From Arcobacteraceae bacterium (lineage in GTDB: Bacteria > Campylobacterota > Campylobacteria > Campylobacterales > Arcobacteraceae): a stretch of DNA of 21,042 bases. Below are positions 19,788 to 21,042 of the stretch, in pieces (within the stretch, counting starts at the first letter, position 1; each line of letters starts with the position of its first letter). The notes beneath the pieces are model-generated. The model saw nothing but the letters and a program-made list of their open reading frames with translations, was not told the origin of the DNA and did no database searches. The translations under genes and the position numbers were made by a program. Location: contig JBLWVX010000038.1 in NCBI GenBank assembly GCA_048268245.1, positions 1 through 21,042 of the forward strand, given 5' to 3'.

Positions 19788-19819
19788 TATAAGAAATTGA
19801 GAATTCTCAGTTTCTTATA
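19788..19819. terminator. Hairpin between convergent adk and Ddl-like genes (probable terminator)
   Basis: TATAAGAAATTGAG-aatt-CTCAGTTTCTTATA, 14-bp stem with one G-U, followed by T-rich sequence on +. Confidence 0.65.
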
Positions 19820-19843
19820 GTATTTTATTTAAAATTTCAATTA

Positions 19844-20875
19844 TTAAATAGCTACTAGTTCTAAATTACTTTTTTCAGAAAGTAAACTGATAACTCTTTT
19901 ATCTAAATATAAATTTTTATCAACTCTATTTATTGCATTTTCAAACATTAATTCAACTACATTTGTATAACTTAAACTATTAGATAATTCGCAAGCTTTG
20001 GGAAAATAACTAGAACCTTCAGTCATTCCAGGAACCAAGTTAGCTTCAAGAAAAAAACATTTACCTTCTTTATTTGTTTTTATATCAATTCTTGCAAAAT
20101 CTCTTATTTTTAAATTAATAAACACATCACAAGCAATTTTTTCTAGTTCTTGCTTTAGACTTGAATTAGAAATAGCTTTAAGTATTTCATTATTCTCTTT
20201 CTTAGCTTTTTCTCCAAGTATTCTCAAGTTATTTTCTGACTTTGGTGCAATAATTTCAATTGCATAGCTATTTAAAGTATTGTTTTGTGATTCTATTATT
20301 GAAACAGTGAATTCTCTTCCATCCAAATACTCTTCTACTAAAATAGGTTCTCTAAATTGTTCATAAAGGGATAATATCTTGTTTTCATACTCTTTAAAAG
20401 TTTTTACGAATGATTTATCGTCAATACCCTTCCCATTTGCTGCATCCATTGGCTTTAAAAAAAGAGGAAATTTCAATGGAAGTTCATTCTCTTTATACTC
20501 TTTAGGAATTGCAGTAAAAAAGTCTGCTGTATTTATTCCCTTTCTTCTAAGAAAAGATTTTGCAAGAATCTTATTTGAATCAAATTGTAATACCTCTTTA
20601 GTTGAGCCTGTATAATTAATATTATGTTTTTTAAAATATGTACTTAGCCAGATATTTGGTTCATTTTTTACTGGGATATATTTTACTGCTAAAAGTACTA
20701 AGTCAGGTTTTCGTGTTAGAGTTTTTTCTAAATCTGATAAATTTCTACAAACATTTATTCTAGCTGTATGATTTAATATTCTAAGTGCTTTTAGAATACT
20801 ATTACATGCAATTTCTGAACCAAAGCCACTTTCTTTTAATCTTTTATTTTCTGTTGTTATTATTTCTATTTTCAA
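19844..20875 (-). CDS. D-alanine--D-alanine ligase-like ATP-grasp protein (atypical)
   Basis: YTGS, FPLFLKP, EEYLDGREFTV, RIDIK, LEANLVPGMT. TTG start with SD AAAGGA. Lacks the canonical GGxSxE N-terminus. Confidence 0.85.
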   Translation of the reverse strand: MKIEIITTENKRLKESGFGSEIACNSILKALRILNHTARINVCRNLSDLEKTLTRKPDLVLLAVKYIPVKNEPNIWLSTYFKKHNINYTGSTKEVLQFDSNKILAKSFLRRKGINTADFFTAIPKEYKENELPLKFPLFLKPMDAANGKGIDDKSFVKTFKEYENKILSLYEQFREPILVEEYLDGREFTVSIIESQNNTLNSYAIEIIAPKSENNLRILGEKAKKENNEILKAISNSSLKQELEKIACDVFINLKIRDFARIDIKTNKEGKCFFLEANLVPGMTEGSSYFPKACELSNSLSYTNVVELMFENAINRVDKNLYLDKRVISLLSEKSNLELVAI

Positions 20876-21042
20876 AGTTTATCCTTTTAATTGTATAAAC
20901 AAGTACTATTTTTATAATATTTATAAATCAAGTTACATAAGCTTATGGTTATTTACTAATTTGGTGAAGTTTAGCTATTAATGTATAGTCCTTTTATACA
21001 TTTTGCTATTGAAAATACCTGTAAATTATTATGTATTATCAG

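Noticed and set aside
18210..20615. Antisense ORFs 18210-18497 (-) and 20379-20615 (+)
   Set aside because: They overlap better-supported genes on the other strand, and their composition mirrors the sense codons.

Overview
AT-rich bacterial chromosome segment. Protein sequences, gene order and promoter style point to Campylobacterota, most likely Arcobacteraceae (inference). Most of it is housekeeping: a GGDEF cyclase, hemL-ppnP-atpZ-like-membrane gene, rpoD with a coupled downstream gene, leuD-leuB, a DHH/DHHA1 phosphoesterase, a HIT protein, the alpha operon (rpmJ, which the ORF track missed, then rpsM-rpsK-rpsD-rpoA-rplQ), gatA, guaB, adk and a Ddl-like ATP-grasp gene. A ~3.4 kb patch of small accessory genes lies between guaB and adk. 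The most interesting signals are: (1) a ~200-nt multi-branched RNA leader in front of rpmJ, with mutually exclusive pairings, a candidate new r-protein leader; (2) an overlapping HEPN + non-canonical partner pair, a candidate TA/defence module; (3) a ~147-bp ERIC/RPE-like palindromic element fused to the guaB stop; (4) an apparently catalytically dead NtrB-like PAS/HATPase protein coupled to rpoD. All family assignments come from motif recognition by eye; no searches were run.
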